Shown here piece by piece: positions 40,781 to 52,671 of a stretch of 64,000 nt of DNA. Origin of the DNA: Epiperipatus broadwayi (lineage: Eukaryota > Animalia > Onychophora); the NCBI GenBank assembly GCA_028023455.1, contig JAQFVV010000008.1:18352001-18416000 (forward strand), read 5' to 3'. The position numbers and the translations under genes are program-made. The stretch's first letter is position 1. Every line of letters begins with the position of its first letter. Below the pieces are notes generated by a model. The model saw only the letters and a list, made by a program, of their open reading frames with translations. It was not told the DNA's origin and did no database searches.

Positions 40781-40899
40781 ATAAATTTTTATGGTAATTA
40801 CAAATTTCTGTGATTGGTCAGTTGACATATTATTAATTACAGCAAATTTCTCTTGCTCAAATTTTTTGTTAGAACCCTCATGCCTATTTTTTTTCTTTT

Positions 40900-41648
40900 C
40901 ATGGTCAAATTTCTTGTTTTTGCATATTTTCTCTAAGTGCTCTACTTTATTGCAGGGTTTGCAGTATTCATCTTTATAGAAGCACTCACTAATAATATGA
41001 CCTGATTTGCCACAACAAAAACATTATTTGACTTTTATTTCTATTGTTAATTCCTTTTTGTTCATCTATCCTCTCTGGGGTTTGTCGACTTTATGGATTT
41101 CTGTTTGATCATTGTCCCCTACTTTCATATCAGCAAATTCTTTTGCTTGCTCTAAGACCAATTCTTGAGTGATACCACATTTGATAGCTTCATTATAATT
41201 AATATCTTTATCAGCCAATAACTGGTGTCTAAGACTATTACTTTTCATTCCATATAAGACTTGTTCAAAGAGGGCTTCCTCTATGTATGAGTCATAAATG
41301 CAATTTTTAGTGAGTTTGCAAAGGGCTGTATCATAATCTTGAGTTTTCTCATTTTTGCCTTGTCGGTGATTTCTAAAATGGAGTCTCAATGTGCCTAGAC
41401 ATATGAGAGTTAAACTAGTCAGACAAATGATCTTTAATCTGATTCAATGATAAGGCTTTGGGAGTTTGGGATTCATACAGTCTCTTTGCCATTTGGATGA
41501 CCCTTTTGCCAGTGGAACATAATAATGTTACTGTTTTAAATTTATCTTCTACCACTCTGTTTATAATTAGAATTTTCTCAATTTGATGGACATACAGGGG
41601 TGACTCACTTGGCTCTCTAATGTCAACTTCTGCTATTGCAGGTTGCAT
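40900..41648 (-). pseudogene. gag: Mag gag with two CCHC zinc knuckles
   Basis: RLHFRNHRQGKNEKTQDY...LCKLTKNC...EALFEQVLYG; CFCCGKSGHIISECFYKDEYCKPCNKVEHLEKIC. Confidence 0.9.
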
Positions 41649-42508
41649 TTTGATGAATTTGACTAATTAGTAATTTTTTTTCCAATAAGTTGTTCACTCC
41701 CATAAGTTTGATTAGTTTGACTCTGATCCATTTTGCTGTTGCTGCACTAATAGTTATCAACTGACAATTGCACACTTGTTGTGTGTTCATCTCAGAAACT
41801 GTGACTGTGCCAATTGCTGTGTCCAGAGGCAAACTGTTACCCTCTGGATTGCATAAACAAATAATAAAAGGAATACTCTGAATAAAATGGAACAGACACA
41901 GCTAGTTAACAGAGAGTCACACTTGAGGGTTATAAATGAATAGTATTTTTATACATTCTAATTACACACATTATATACATAGTCTACATAACACAATTAT
42001 ATGGTCCTGAAGGCTTACAAAATAATACTGAAGATCTATACTATATGATCTGTAATTAATCTCTGAGTTTACTTTAGAATGTTTGGAAGTAAACTTCTCT
42101 GCAAGGCTATAGGTGAAGGGGGGGTTTGTGGCACCTGTCAGATGGCACATTTGCTTACCTAGAGGTTCACCTCTAGAGTATGCTTTTCCCCCTGGTTCTT
42201 CTACCTTCCCTCCTTGGTGTAGTCCATTGTCTCTTTTGATTGGCCATCAGCTGCTCGCGAACTGTATCTCAAGTTACCTTATCTGATTCTTGGGGATCAG
42301 ATAATGCCATTTACATTCCATTTGTCTATTATTTAGCTGTCAGTTTTCACTATCATTGAAACTGATCAGGAACTAACATTCCTTAGTTGCAATGGCTTTC
42401 TTTACTTAGTTTAGATTTATCTCTTCGCTACTATTTAATTAATCTATAATATTTTATAATTAATGTGTATGCCTTCTGCAATATACATTTTAATAAATAC
42501 TACTTTTA

Positions 42509-43029
42509 ACTGAAACACACAGGCTAGGGTATATGAGCACAGATTTTCACATGACCTACCACTTTCCACACTATCTCATAATCCTGATACACTTGAACAC
42601 ATATATATGTTGAAAAGATAAATAACCACCAATATACGCATTTCACACTAAACCAGCAATCATCAGTTGGTTCAGATTACCATCTCCACACATATATGCT
42701 ATAAGTGCTCAGATATATATTGATAGCCAAACCTCATACATTAATGAATGGACAGGCTTTAATCTACTCCACACTCCAACTCTTCAACCATCCATCCAAT
42801 TGAAAATCTGATGATGGAATGCTGAAAGGCCACCCTGAGGCTGAGATTCTCATCACACGCATGTTGACCTAAAGTCATGTACAGGACCTAATCCATTTAA
42901 TAGCATGAAATACATATATTGATGATTATTTATCTTTTCAGCATATATGTGTTCAAGGGTATCAGTGTTATAAGATAGTGTGGAGAGTGGTGGGTAATGT
43001 GAAAGTCTGTGCTCATATACCCGATATAT
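42509..43029 (-). mobile_element. Family B hammerhead-bearing fold-back element, copy 2
   Basis: ~125-bp inverted arms; 15-bp TSD taaatactactttta (42494-42508, 43030-43044). Confidence 0.9.
42628..42671 (-). ncRNA. Type I hammerhead ribozyme motif (family B)
   Basis: ACCAA CTGATGA TTGCT-GGTTT-AGTGT GAAA TGCGTA TA TTGGT. Confidence 0.7.
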
Positions 43030-43347
43030 TAAATACTACTTTTATTTATTCTTACTTTCATTTACATGTATATATAAATATACACATATACTTAATAGAA
43101 AGATATATCAAAGTTACTGTAAAAAAGAGAAATAATCAATGCTTTTATTAGGAAAATATTGCTAATGACACGATATAATTAGATAAATTGCTGAAGTCTT
43201 ACAAAAAGCCAGGTTCATTTAGAAATTGTTCAAATAAACAGATAATAGGACAAATGTATGATATATATAGATAAATATATTTGTGTGGGCATCAGAAAAT
43301 TTACGATTTTTTTTCCTGGACTTAAAATGGCATTATTGCTGTGAGTG

Positions 43348-43444
43348 ACTTTTATTGTTGTAGTTTGTTTCTCTCTCAAGTGTTCTATCTGAATAAACTT
43401 TTATTATTGTAGTTTGTTTCTCTCTCAAGTGTTCTATCTGAATA
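43348..43444. repeat. 49-bp tandem duplication
   Basis: acttttatt(g/a)ttgtagtttgtttctctctcaagtgttctatctgaata occurs twice. Confidence 0.9.
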
Positions 43445-43549
43445 TTCAATTTTTTTATGAATATTCAGGTAATAGTTTGATAATTTTCATATTTTGTTTA
43501 CTTTTTTGTAAGTTAGCAATAACAAGGATTTTGTCAATACTTTAGATAA

Positions 43550-45700
43550 AATATCTTCTTTCTTTTCTATATTACATAACATGTAAAATTTCTGGAATTA
43601 AACTATCTTCAACTATTCTATGGTTTAAAGATATCTTTTTTTTTTCCAATTTATTCATAGTTCTTTTAACTTTGGTTCATTTTATTATTATAAGATGGTG
43701 ATGCAGTTTTAATAAACTCTCTTACTAATTTTCACTGTCATTTTAAAATTTGATTTTTACTAATGTTATGCTAATCTTATTACTCTATCTTTTGTCTATT
43801 AATTCTTTCTGTTAAGAATTCTTATTATCTTGTACATTTCCTGAAATTTTTTTTCTATGTTTTTACAGTGAAGTTTCTAACTATTTATCCTTCCTGTCTG
43901 CCATGTTTTTTTTTATCTTATTGCACTTTGTTCTATATTGCTTTTCTGCAAGTTTAAAAGTGTCCTTTTTGATTTTCAGTTTTCATCTTTTTTGTACTAG
44001 TTTCAAGGTTTTCTTGTGATTCAGTCTCTTGGGATCTTTTTATATTCTTATATAAATTTAACAAAACTTTCTCCAAAGCTTTATTGAGATTTTCAATTTA
44101 TGAATATAGTTTTTTTTTGTCTGTATTTTTAATTTTCTTCTGGCTGATATTTTCTCTTTATTTCTATTTTTTCTATCTTGACATGTGCTAACTATGATCA
44201 AAATCTATGTCTACTATTGTTTAAACCATCCACTAATATGCAGCTAAAGAGAAGTTACCCAAGCTATCTATGAATATGAGAGTATTTTAACTCTTAAAAG
44301 TGCTTAGCCTTATTTTGTTACTTTAATTGGAAACAAGAAAACTTATCAGCAATGGTATATTAGTGCGTGATTTAATCTATTACTTTCATTGAAGCAAAAT
44401 ATAAACCTCATATCTTATTACATTGATAGTGAACATCTATTTATTATTGTCTTCTGTTTTTCTGTAATTTGATCTGCATTTTGACTTTCTATAGTCCTTT
44501 TGTGAGAATCAAATATTGCAAATCAGTGTTAATAACTTCTAAACCAGTGTTCTTCAACCCTTGATCCGCAGCCCAGCACCGGGCCGCGGACCAAGGGTTG
44601 AAGAACACTGCAGGTCCGCGTGGTAGATGGGCAGTAAAAAGTATAAGAGTTTAAACTTCTAATTAATATAGCCAATTTTTATTTATTTTTTCATCTCATT
44701 TTTACCCAATTAAAAAAAAAAAAAAGACAGAACGAAAACAAAATCTAATCAATCATTCATAAATTAATTTGTTTTTCTAGTTATCACAGATGTTTACGGG
44801 GGGGGGGGGGTAGAATTAAATTTTTTATTACTTTTCTAAAAAATTGAAAAAAAAAGTTTTTTATTATATAAACTCCATATATATATATATAAAACTTTAT
44901 CTTATATATTTAACATTGCTGTTTTGATCAGTTATAACAATTATGCTTATCTTTAAAAAAATTTATCTATAGACTTCTGCCAGTCTGCAAAATCTTATCC
45001 TTATTTTTGCTGGTCCGCGGAACCTTATCCTTATTTTTACCGGTCCGCAGGTGTGAAAAGGTTGAAGACCACTGTTCTAAACCAATTCTAAAATTCTGCA
45101 GCTATATTGATTCATTTTTTCAATACTGCATAGTATTTTCCTTTAGCATGTTCCCATCCTACTTTTACACTTCCAATCTTAGCATTTTATTCTCCTTAAA
45201 TGACGCAAACATCAAAAATTAATTTCAAATGATCTAAAATTGTTATATTTATCACCTATACTTTATGATGTAGTATTGCTTTGAATTTAGTTTTAATTGA
45301 ATATTTGCATATTATCAAAAAGTCTTCTGCTTTTTATTTAGTAGAAATCATATGCCAGTTTTGTTCTTTGAATTATTTTCATATCAAATAACTTCACAAG
45401 CACTTAACTCTCCAAAGCTAGTCTAGGCATGGTTCAGCTACCAGATGTTCATAGAGTTCTGCATTTTATTTTTCATTATTAATACTTTTTTCATAGCTTT
45501 TTATATGATGTTTGTGTATTATTCATATATTACACTTTCAGTTTTTGTAACTACCTTCTGGAAATTTAGTTTTATAATTTCTTTTTACGTTTGAATGTCT
45601 CAATAGTCTACTGAATACCTGATTGGAACTGTCATGCTCAACCTATCACGTGGATGCTTGATTATCACACCACTTCCTGAACAAATGATCATACAATCAT
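43550..45700 (-). mobile_element. Decayed RTE-like LINE (endonuclease plus linker) split by a MITE
   Basis: GE*NAKIG near 45200 (GDFNAKIG-like); EVKRTMNKL near 43670. Confidence 0.55.
44545..45074. mobile_element. hAT (Charlie-like) MITE
   Basis: TIR cagtgttcttcaacc / ggttgaagaccactg; 8-bp TSD ttctaaac (44537-44544, 45075-45082) fitting the NTCTARAN preference. Confidence 0.95.
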
Positions 45701-47690
45701 TATTTTCAGATTTTAATCTTTTATTTTTTATTTTTTTTTAATTTTGTTTTTTTTTGGTTGATAGGATGAGATATTAACATTTATTTGAGAAATCTATCAA
45801 GAAAACTGTTAATTGACATCCAGATATAACAATCATTTATAAGATCTTTAATTTTAACTGGGAACATGACAATCAATCAATGTACTTATGTTCAGCTGCA
45901 CAATTATGAAATCAATAAATTCTAATTCAACTGAACATAGCAATAAAAATATACGAAATCTGACAAAATCATTGCAAATTTAAAAATTATTTAATGTATA
46001 ACTATTAACTGATTTAAATACAATTAGAAATTGTCTTTAACTTATATATATATATAAGATAATATTCGAACATACACATATGGGCAGACATATATATATA
46101 TATATTTGCATAGATCTATTTAAAATATCCAGTTTCCTTAACTCACGCATAAAATACAACAAAACCTTATTCAAATAATAATGTCGGACTGATGTGGCAA
46201 ATCTTTACAAAGCCTTATTTATCATTAAGTTGTTAGTTTGATTCTTTCTTTCTAGTTTTTGCTTTCAGTTTTTTTTTTTTCATGTGAGGTTAATATCTCT
46301 CTTATATAACTTCACTACTCATTTTTAACTTAGTGGAGTATTTTAGGATATCAGATTAACTTGTATGTGTTATCAAATTATTGATAGGATTAATCTGATC
46401 TATCTTTGAATTTATTTATTAATTAAAGAATACTAAACTTTATACAAGTTTTAATTAATTTACTACCTACCTGTTTTTATTTTAGAATATTAAATTTAAT
46501 TAATATATTTTTATAAATTACAGAAACAGTTTTTTTGCCATTTATAATTATTTACTTAATTTCTTAGAAATGAATTTTTATGCTATGATTACATACATAT
46601 TTCTATCTTTACAATTTTAATATGTAGCTTATTTGTTTTTTCCAGAAATCTAATCTACTCCCTTGTCAGATTAAAGTCTGTCAGATATTGTAATATTATT
46701 CCATCTTCTGATTTTTCATAATGTTTTTAAATAAGCCTTTGATGATAATGGTATCTTAAGTTAATCTCATTTTCTATCTGTGCATCTTTATTTTAATTTA
46801 CTACTTCATTTTTTTGCTGATATCTTCTTCAATTTCTATTGATTCTTCTGTAGTATATATAGTAATTTGCTTTCTCAGTTGGTTTATAACCTTAGTTTTG
46901 TCTGCTTTATCCCATTCTTCATTCTCTCCTATCAATATATTAACTTTCTATCTATAAACATGTGATAATCCTCATAATCTGCAATCAGATGATTTCTAGT
47001 ATGATTTTTACATTTGTGATATTTACAGCCATCTTCTGTTTTAACCCACTTTTTTATTTTATTTTTGATACTTTTTTTCCAGACTGCATTTTGTTTGGAA
47101 TTAACAAAAACAGATCTATTCCCCAATATATACCAACTAACAATTCTTCTGGAGATTATTCAGTGGCAACTGCTAGAGTTGTGTGTTGCACTAGTATTGA
47201 TGAATACACAACTTCACAAGTATTTATCAGATGAGATTTTCTAAGCATTTTCTTCAAGTCCTAGATTGGCTTTTCTGCAATCCTATTCAATTCTAGGTGG
47301 TATGTGTGATCTGAAGATAATTTTATTTTACATTCTTTAGAAAGTTTTTAATTTCTCAGAAATAAAAACTAGTTATATTATGGTATCAGAGAAAGCATAT
47401 AAAATATAAATATTTCCCTTAGTTTTGCTATTTATTATTAATTTGCTTATTGAAAGAATGAGTCCTCCACAATAAAAAAAAAAAAATCCATTTATTGAGC
47501 TAAGTCAAATATTTTATAGTTCTTAAACCACTAAACATCACATGATCACCATCTCTATACTAGCACACAATTGTTGTAAACAAAGGCAAAACTCTCCATA
47601 CAGTAGTGCCACCCTGTGCCAAACAGAATAATCAATGGATGCAATAAGGCTTGTACATAAAATCGCTATCTAGTCCCTACCCATCCAATA

Positions 47691-47732
47691 TCCCCCGACT
47701 AGTTTCTGGCTTGTGGCCATCATCAGTGAGGA
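47691..47732 (-). ncRNA. Type I hammerhead ribozyme (family A)
   Basis: TCCTCA CTGATGA TGGC-CACAA-GCCA GAAA CTAG TC GGGGGA; core and stem II intact, first stem I pair mismatched. Confidence 0.8.
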
Positions 47733-48107
47733 GCCTTGGATCTGAGAACACTGCACCTTAATCTTAGGATCTAATGCAACCCTCCAGCAGCCACCTTTTA
47801 ACTCTACTTTACTACAAAACTATGAGAATGAAATTGAAAACACAATAATATTTTCAATCTAAGCTCAATAGCTTATATAGTCATATGGGTCTGAACTCAA
47901 TTCAGCACCCATATATTTTGGTGTCTTTGGCTATTAAACAACCATAGCCACCACTATCCTATTAGGTAGGATTGATGTTAAACCACTAAACATCATATGA
48001 TCATCAAACTCACCATACAGTAGTGCCACCCTGTGCCAAACCGAGTAATCAATGGATGCCATAAGGCTTGTGCATAAAATCCCTATCTAGTGCATACTCA
48101 TCCAATA

Positions 48108-48149
48108 TCCCCAGACTAGTTTCTGGCTTGTGTCTATCATTAGTGAGGA
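48108..48149 (-). ncRNA. Mutated hammerhead (family A)
   Basis: Core reads CTAATGA (G5 to A); otherwise collinear with the consensus. Confidence 0.7.
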
Positions 48150-48514
48150 GCCTTGGATCTGAGAGCACTGCGCCTAGATCTTAGGATCTAATACAATTCT
48201 CCAGCCTTTATTTACAACAATTATGTGCTAGTATAGAGATGGTAATCATGTGATGTTTAGTGGTTTAACACCAATCCTGCCTAATAGGATAGTGGTGGCT
48301 ATGGTTGTTTAAGAGCCGAAGACACCAAAAATGTCTAAGTGCTGAATTGAGTTCAGACCCATACGACTATATAAGCTATTGAGCTTAGATTGAAAATATT
48401 ATTGTGTTTTCAATTTCATTCTCATAGTTTTGTAGTAAAGTAGAGTTAAAAGATGGCTGCTGGAGAGTTGCATTAGATTCTAAGGTCTAGGTGCAGTGCT
48501 CTCAGATCCAAGGC

Positions 48515-48556
48515 TTCTCACTGATGATGGCCACAAACCACAAAGTAGTTTGGGGA
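48515..48556 (+). ncRNA. Mutated hammerhead (family A, inverted copy)
   Basis: TTCTCA CTGATGA TGGC CACAA ACCA CAAA GTAG TT TGGGGA. Confidence 0.65.
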
Positions 48557-49239
48557 TATTGGATGAGTAGGCACTAGATAGGGATTTTATGCACAAGCCT
48601 TTTGGCATCCATTGATTACTCTGTTTGGCACATGGTGGCACTATTGTATGGAGAGTTTTGCCTTTGTTTATAGTTCTTGTCTATAAAATATGTTTTATGG
48701 CATGTTTATTCCATTTTAGAAGATTTTATACTTTTTTGATATATATTTCTAGATCTTGATTTAAATATGATAGCTATATATATCCAATTTCTGGAAATTG
48801 ATTCATCAGGATCACCCAATTTTTATTCTTATTCTTTTAGCAATTATTGTATTATTAATCATGAGTGTTTTCTATGAATCAATATAATTTACAGTGATAT
48901 CTTTGATATAAAGTTCTAAAATGTCTGGATCTTGCAAGAGAATCATCATAAGATAGATTATTCATTTATTATATGTTAGTTTAAAATTATAATTTTTTGT
49001 GCTGTTATATTGTCTTAGCATCCTAAGATTGATATGGTCAGATATATGATTAGAATTTTCAATTATATTTAATAGAGATTTATAACTGATCCTGATTTTA
49101 AATGCAAGACTTATAAATGCACTGGTGGAATATTTTTAACTCCGAAGATTATTTCTTTTTTTACTTTATTATAATTGTTTTATGTTTTTGATATGTATAT
49201 AATAGGTCTCTTTTGATCCACTATAATATGTTTAAATAG

Positions 49240-49508
49240 TTTTTACAGGACTGAAGTGGAGTTGGGTTGGACATATTGCTAGAAGAGATAATAATAGATG
49301 GACAATTGAAATCTTAAACTGGATTCCAAGAGATTGTAAAAGACCCAGAAAAAGACCACATGTGAGATGGATGGATGAAATAAGAAAGTGTGCAGGGATG
49401 ACGTGGAGAAGAGAAGCTAAAGTTTGGAGAAGTTGGATTGAACTTGGAGAGACCCTCATCCTGCAGTGGAGTGATAATAGTTGATGATGATGATGATGAT
49501 GATGATAC
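49240..49508 (+). mobile_element. RTE LINE 3' end with (GAT)n tail
   Basis: KWSWVGHIARRDNNRWTIEILNWIPRDCKRPRKRPHVRWMDEI...LQW followed by tgatgatgat repeats. Confidence 0.9.
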
Positions 49509-50971
49509 TGTTACATCTATAATCAATGAAATATTCCAAATCATTGTTGTAATGGATTAGAAGACTTTTTGAAGTCAAAAACTTTTATTCAATTGAAAGC
49601 TTTTTCTATTCTACCCCATTTTCATTTTTGTTTTTTTCTTGGGAAAGTTAAATGATGTTTTTGCAATGTGGACTTCTATTTTTAAAAAAACAAATATTCA
49701 CCAATTGCGTTTGCATTGTTCAGGACCTTTTCATTCATGAGTGATTTTACTTTTTCTGGGTCAGGACTCTTTTTTTATCTGAAATCATATAACCTAAAAT
49801 GTTATTTGCCTTATCAATGTGATGTAAACTATTTTAAAGCTTCAATTTAATTGCATACATACTGACATTGTCTTTTTTCTATATAAAATTAATTAGAATC
49901 AATTAGAATATAAAAAAAAGCAATTCACATACTTACAAATGTAAACCCCCCCCCCATTTCCATTCCTTCTGTTATATAAATGTACAGAGAAAAAAATATA
50001 TAAATATATACTATATAATTTTCCACTCACTTTTAATTAGCCAATTATTAGGTAAATTAACTGATGTTTTATATATATTCATACAGATTTGTTTGTTGCA
50101 GTTAATACAATTAATTTCATATATTTTCCTTCTACTAAGTTCTTTAATATATAGTTTAAAGGTTTTATATTTTTTACACACTCTCTTTTATGTCTATATT
50201 CTAAATAATGGATATATAATGGAGATTTATTATCTCTTCTATTAATTGCATTGTTATCACTAAAAGATTCCACTAAAATAATAAAATGATATAAAATTAC
50301 TACATAAAATAGAAAATTATAAAATTATAAATATAAATCAAAATAAATTGTATTCTTCTTACGAAAACCCATGTATTTTTACTAAAAAAGAAACACATGA
50401 AGATAAGATTATTAATTAATTTTAGTGATTTTATTCTACAGAAATTTTGAAAACATTTAAACAAATCATTTGCAATTATTATTAGTTATGGGGAATTTTG
50501 TATAAAAAACACAGATGCTATTATAAATAAATTAAGTAATATAAAACCAAATAAAAAGTAAAGTATCTTTACAATAATTATTGAGAAAACGTAGAGAAGT
50601 ATTTAAGAATTAAAAGTATAGAAATACAAAAACTATCTCTGTACATAAATAATATAAATATAATACATATTATGGAAGAAGGTTTAATATTAATATATAA
50701 TACTGAATATTTTAAATGCAACAATGAATGTTGGAGCATATATAAAGAATGTGTAATGGGTTTTGCAATTAGTGGGTTAATATCATCAATATTAATGAAT
50801 GAATTAGAAATTAATATAATTAAATAAGAATAATGAATCAATGAAATACTATATTATTCTAGATATGTTGATGAGACTTTAATAATTTGTAACAAATGAA
50901 CTATGAATATATTAATAATAAATTTAATAAAATATATATATAACAATGGAATTTGATACTAAAATAAAGTA

Positions 50972-52073
50972 CACCTGGGTCTCATTTTACGCAATAGATA
51001 GGTTCCTCAGAAAACATGCGCAAATGAAATCGTGCAAAAATAGATGTAACTTACATTGAAAAGGGAGGGGATGCTGTCTGTGATTTTTCAAAATTCACGT
51101 AAAAGCAAAGCACCAACATAATATTACTTTAAAATTCGCACGCAAAAAAAAAATAAGGAAATAAAATATGACTAATAAAAAATTTCAAATTTGGAAAAAA
51201 TTGATACAAGACAAACTTTTTTTAACTATAATATTTAATTTTATTCAAAATAATATATTTTTATGCATAATTTACAGTACAGTAATTTACATGTTTTAAT
51301 ACACATTTTAATTATTATCGCTAAAAAATCAGATTCTCACAAGAAAAATACAACTAGTGCCAAGTTCACTCTCATGTTATGTTAATGGTTTTCTGTTGAC
51401 AACGTAATTAGTAATTAATCTTTGAGACAATGATTTTATTAATTGTTTATGAACTTAGACTTATTTAATTAAAACTAACAACTAAAAATTAAATTCTTAT
51501 TTTTGTCATTATTTTTTTAATTTTCAATTCCATTTAAAAATCAAATTTCATTTTACATCACATTAATTTCAAGTCGCCATAAGTAATTTTTAAATTGTTA
51601 ATTACAATTAAAAATCAGATTTTAATTTTTAATTGTCAAATTCAATTGTGCCCATTGCTATTATTCACCTTTTAAAAATAAACTTGCAGACACTAAATGA
51701 TTAATAATTGATTACGTTCTTTTTTAAAAAGCAAAAACAGAATGTGATTTAAAATGCAAAATTAAGACACACAATGTTTGAACAAATTTACATTATAATC
51801 TTGTAAAATTTAATGTGTGTATACATAAAATGTGGAAATCATGATTTTAATTTCATTATTGCATAAAATCTTACTATTATAAAGCTCTGAAAATATTGAA
51901 ATATGATGAAAGTCGAATTCCAATAATGTGCTATTACTTTCAATATAACGTAAGTGCATGGAATGTATTATTTAAAGTAATAGTGCATTATCGGAGTTCA
52001 ACTTCCGGTGAAACATGAATCACGTAACTTCAAAATTGTGTTAAATAAGTCCACGTAAAAAGAGCCCCGGGTG
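50972..52073. mobile_element. Tc1/mariner (pogo/Tigger-like) MITE inserted in the Penelope RT
   Basis: TIR cacctgggtctcattttacg / cgtaaaaagagccccgggtg; TA TSD; removal restores KIKYLNVEIN. Confidence 0.85.
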
Positions 52074-52295
52074 TATTTAAATGTAGAGATTAATATAAAT
52101 AATAATAACAATATTATATTAAAATATTTCATTAAAGATGATAAATTAAGAAAAATAATTTCTATAGATTCACAGCAAGCATGGATACAAATATTAAAAA
52201 TTTTAAACAAAAAAAATGATAAATATAGTACAAATAAAAATATAGCTAATTTACAAATGGAACAGTTTATTGAACTATATTAAAAATGTACATAT

Positions 52296-52365
52296 AATAT
52301 AGGGAATGTGAACATAGACTTTCAAGATCTAAGCTTGAAAGTCTATGTTCAAATTCTCTCTATTA
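52296..52365. repeat. Short hairpin resembling family B termini
   Basis: agggaatgtgaacatagactttcaag / cttgaaagtctatgttcaaattctct. Confidence 0.75.
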
Positions 52366-52567
52366 CATCTAGGCTCCAAGTATATAATATATACTTGTAT
52401 TTAAAATATTAAAAATTGTACACATAACCCTAAGAATATTAAAAACATACTTTTTAATTATAAGACATCTAAATTAAATAATAATAATAATAATGTTATT
52501 CCAAATTATAATAATAGTTATAAATGAGATATTTATTGATATAGTGCTATGCTTTTATAAACTGTAA

Positions 52568-52671
52568 TAGTAATAATCAGCCATTAAGCTGTGTTTGGAA
52601 GTGAAAGTATTTATTTATAGTTAAAAATCCACAAAGCACATATGCATTAGCTTAATGGCTGATTATTACTA
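52568..52671. repeat. Fold-back with 23-bp perfect arms
   Basis: tagtaataatcagccattaagct / agcttaatggctgattattacta. Confidence 0.85.

Larger units (their letters stand above)
33991..43097 (-). mobile_element. Mag-type Ty3/Gypsy LTR retrotransposon, decayed, with nested insertions
   Basis: LTRs 33991-34840 and 41815-43097; TSD gaaat/gaaag; PBS TGGCACAGTC (CpG-decayed tRNA-Ser type, 41803-41812); PPT GGAGGAGG (34843-34850); gag and pol motifs. Confidence 0.9.
41815..43097 (-). repeat. 5' LTR of the Mag element (interrupted by a family B element)
   Basis: Shares gtccagaggcaaactgttaccctctgg and the atatacttaa(c/t)a end with the 3' LTR. Confidence 0.85.
47525..48666. mobile_element. Family A retrozyme-like array: 1.5 tandem monomers (~455 bp) plus one inverted monomer
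   Basis: ttaaaccactaaacatca at 47523 and 47978; inversion at ~48205; 12-bp TSD tttatagttctt (47513-47524, 48667-48678); three hammerhead motifs. Confidence 0.9.

Noticed and set aside
48785-48815. Minus-strand CTGATGA...GAAA
   Set aside because: Stems I and II do not pair
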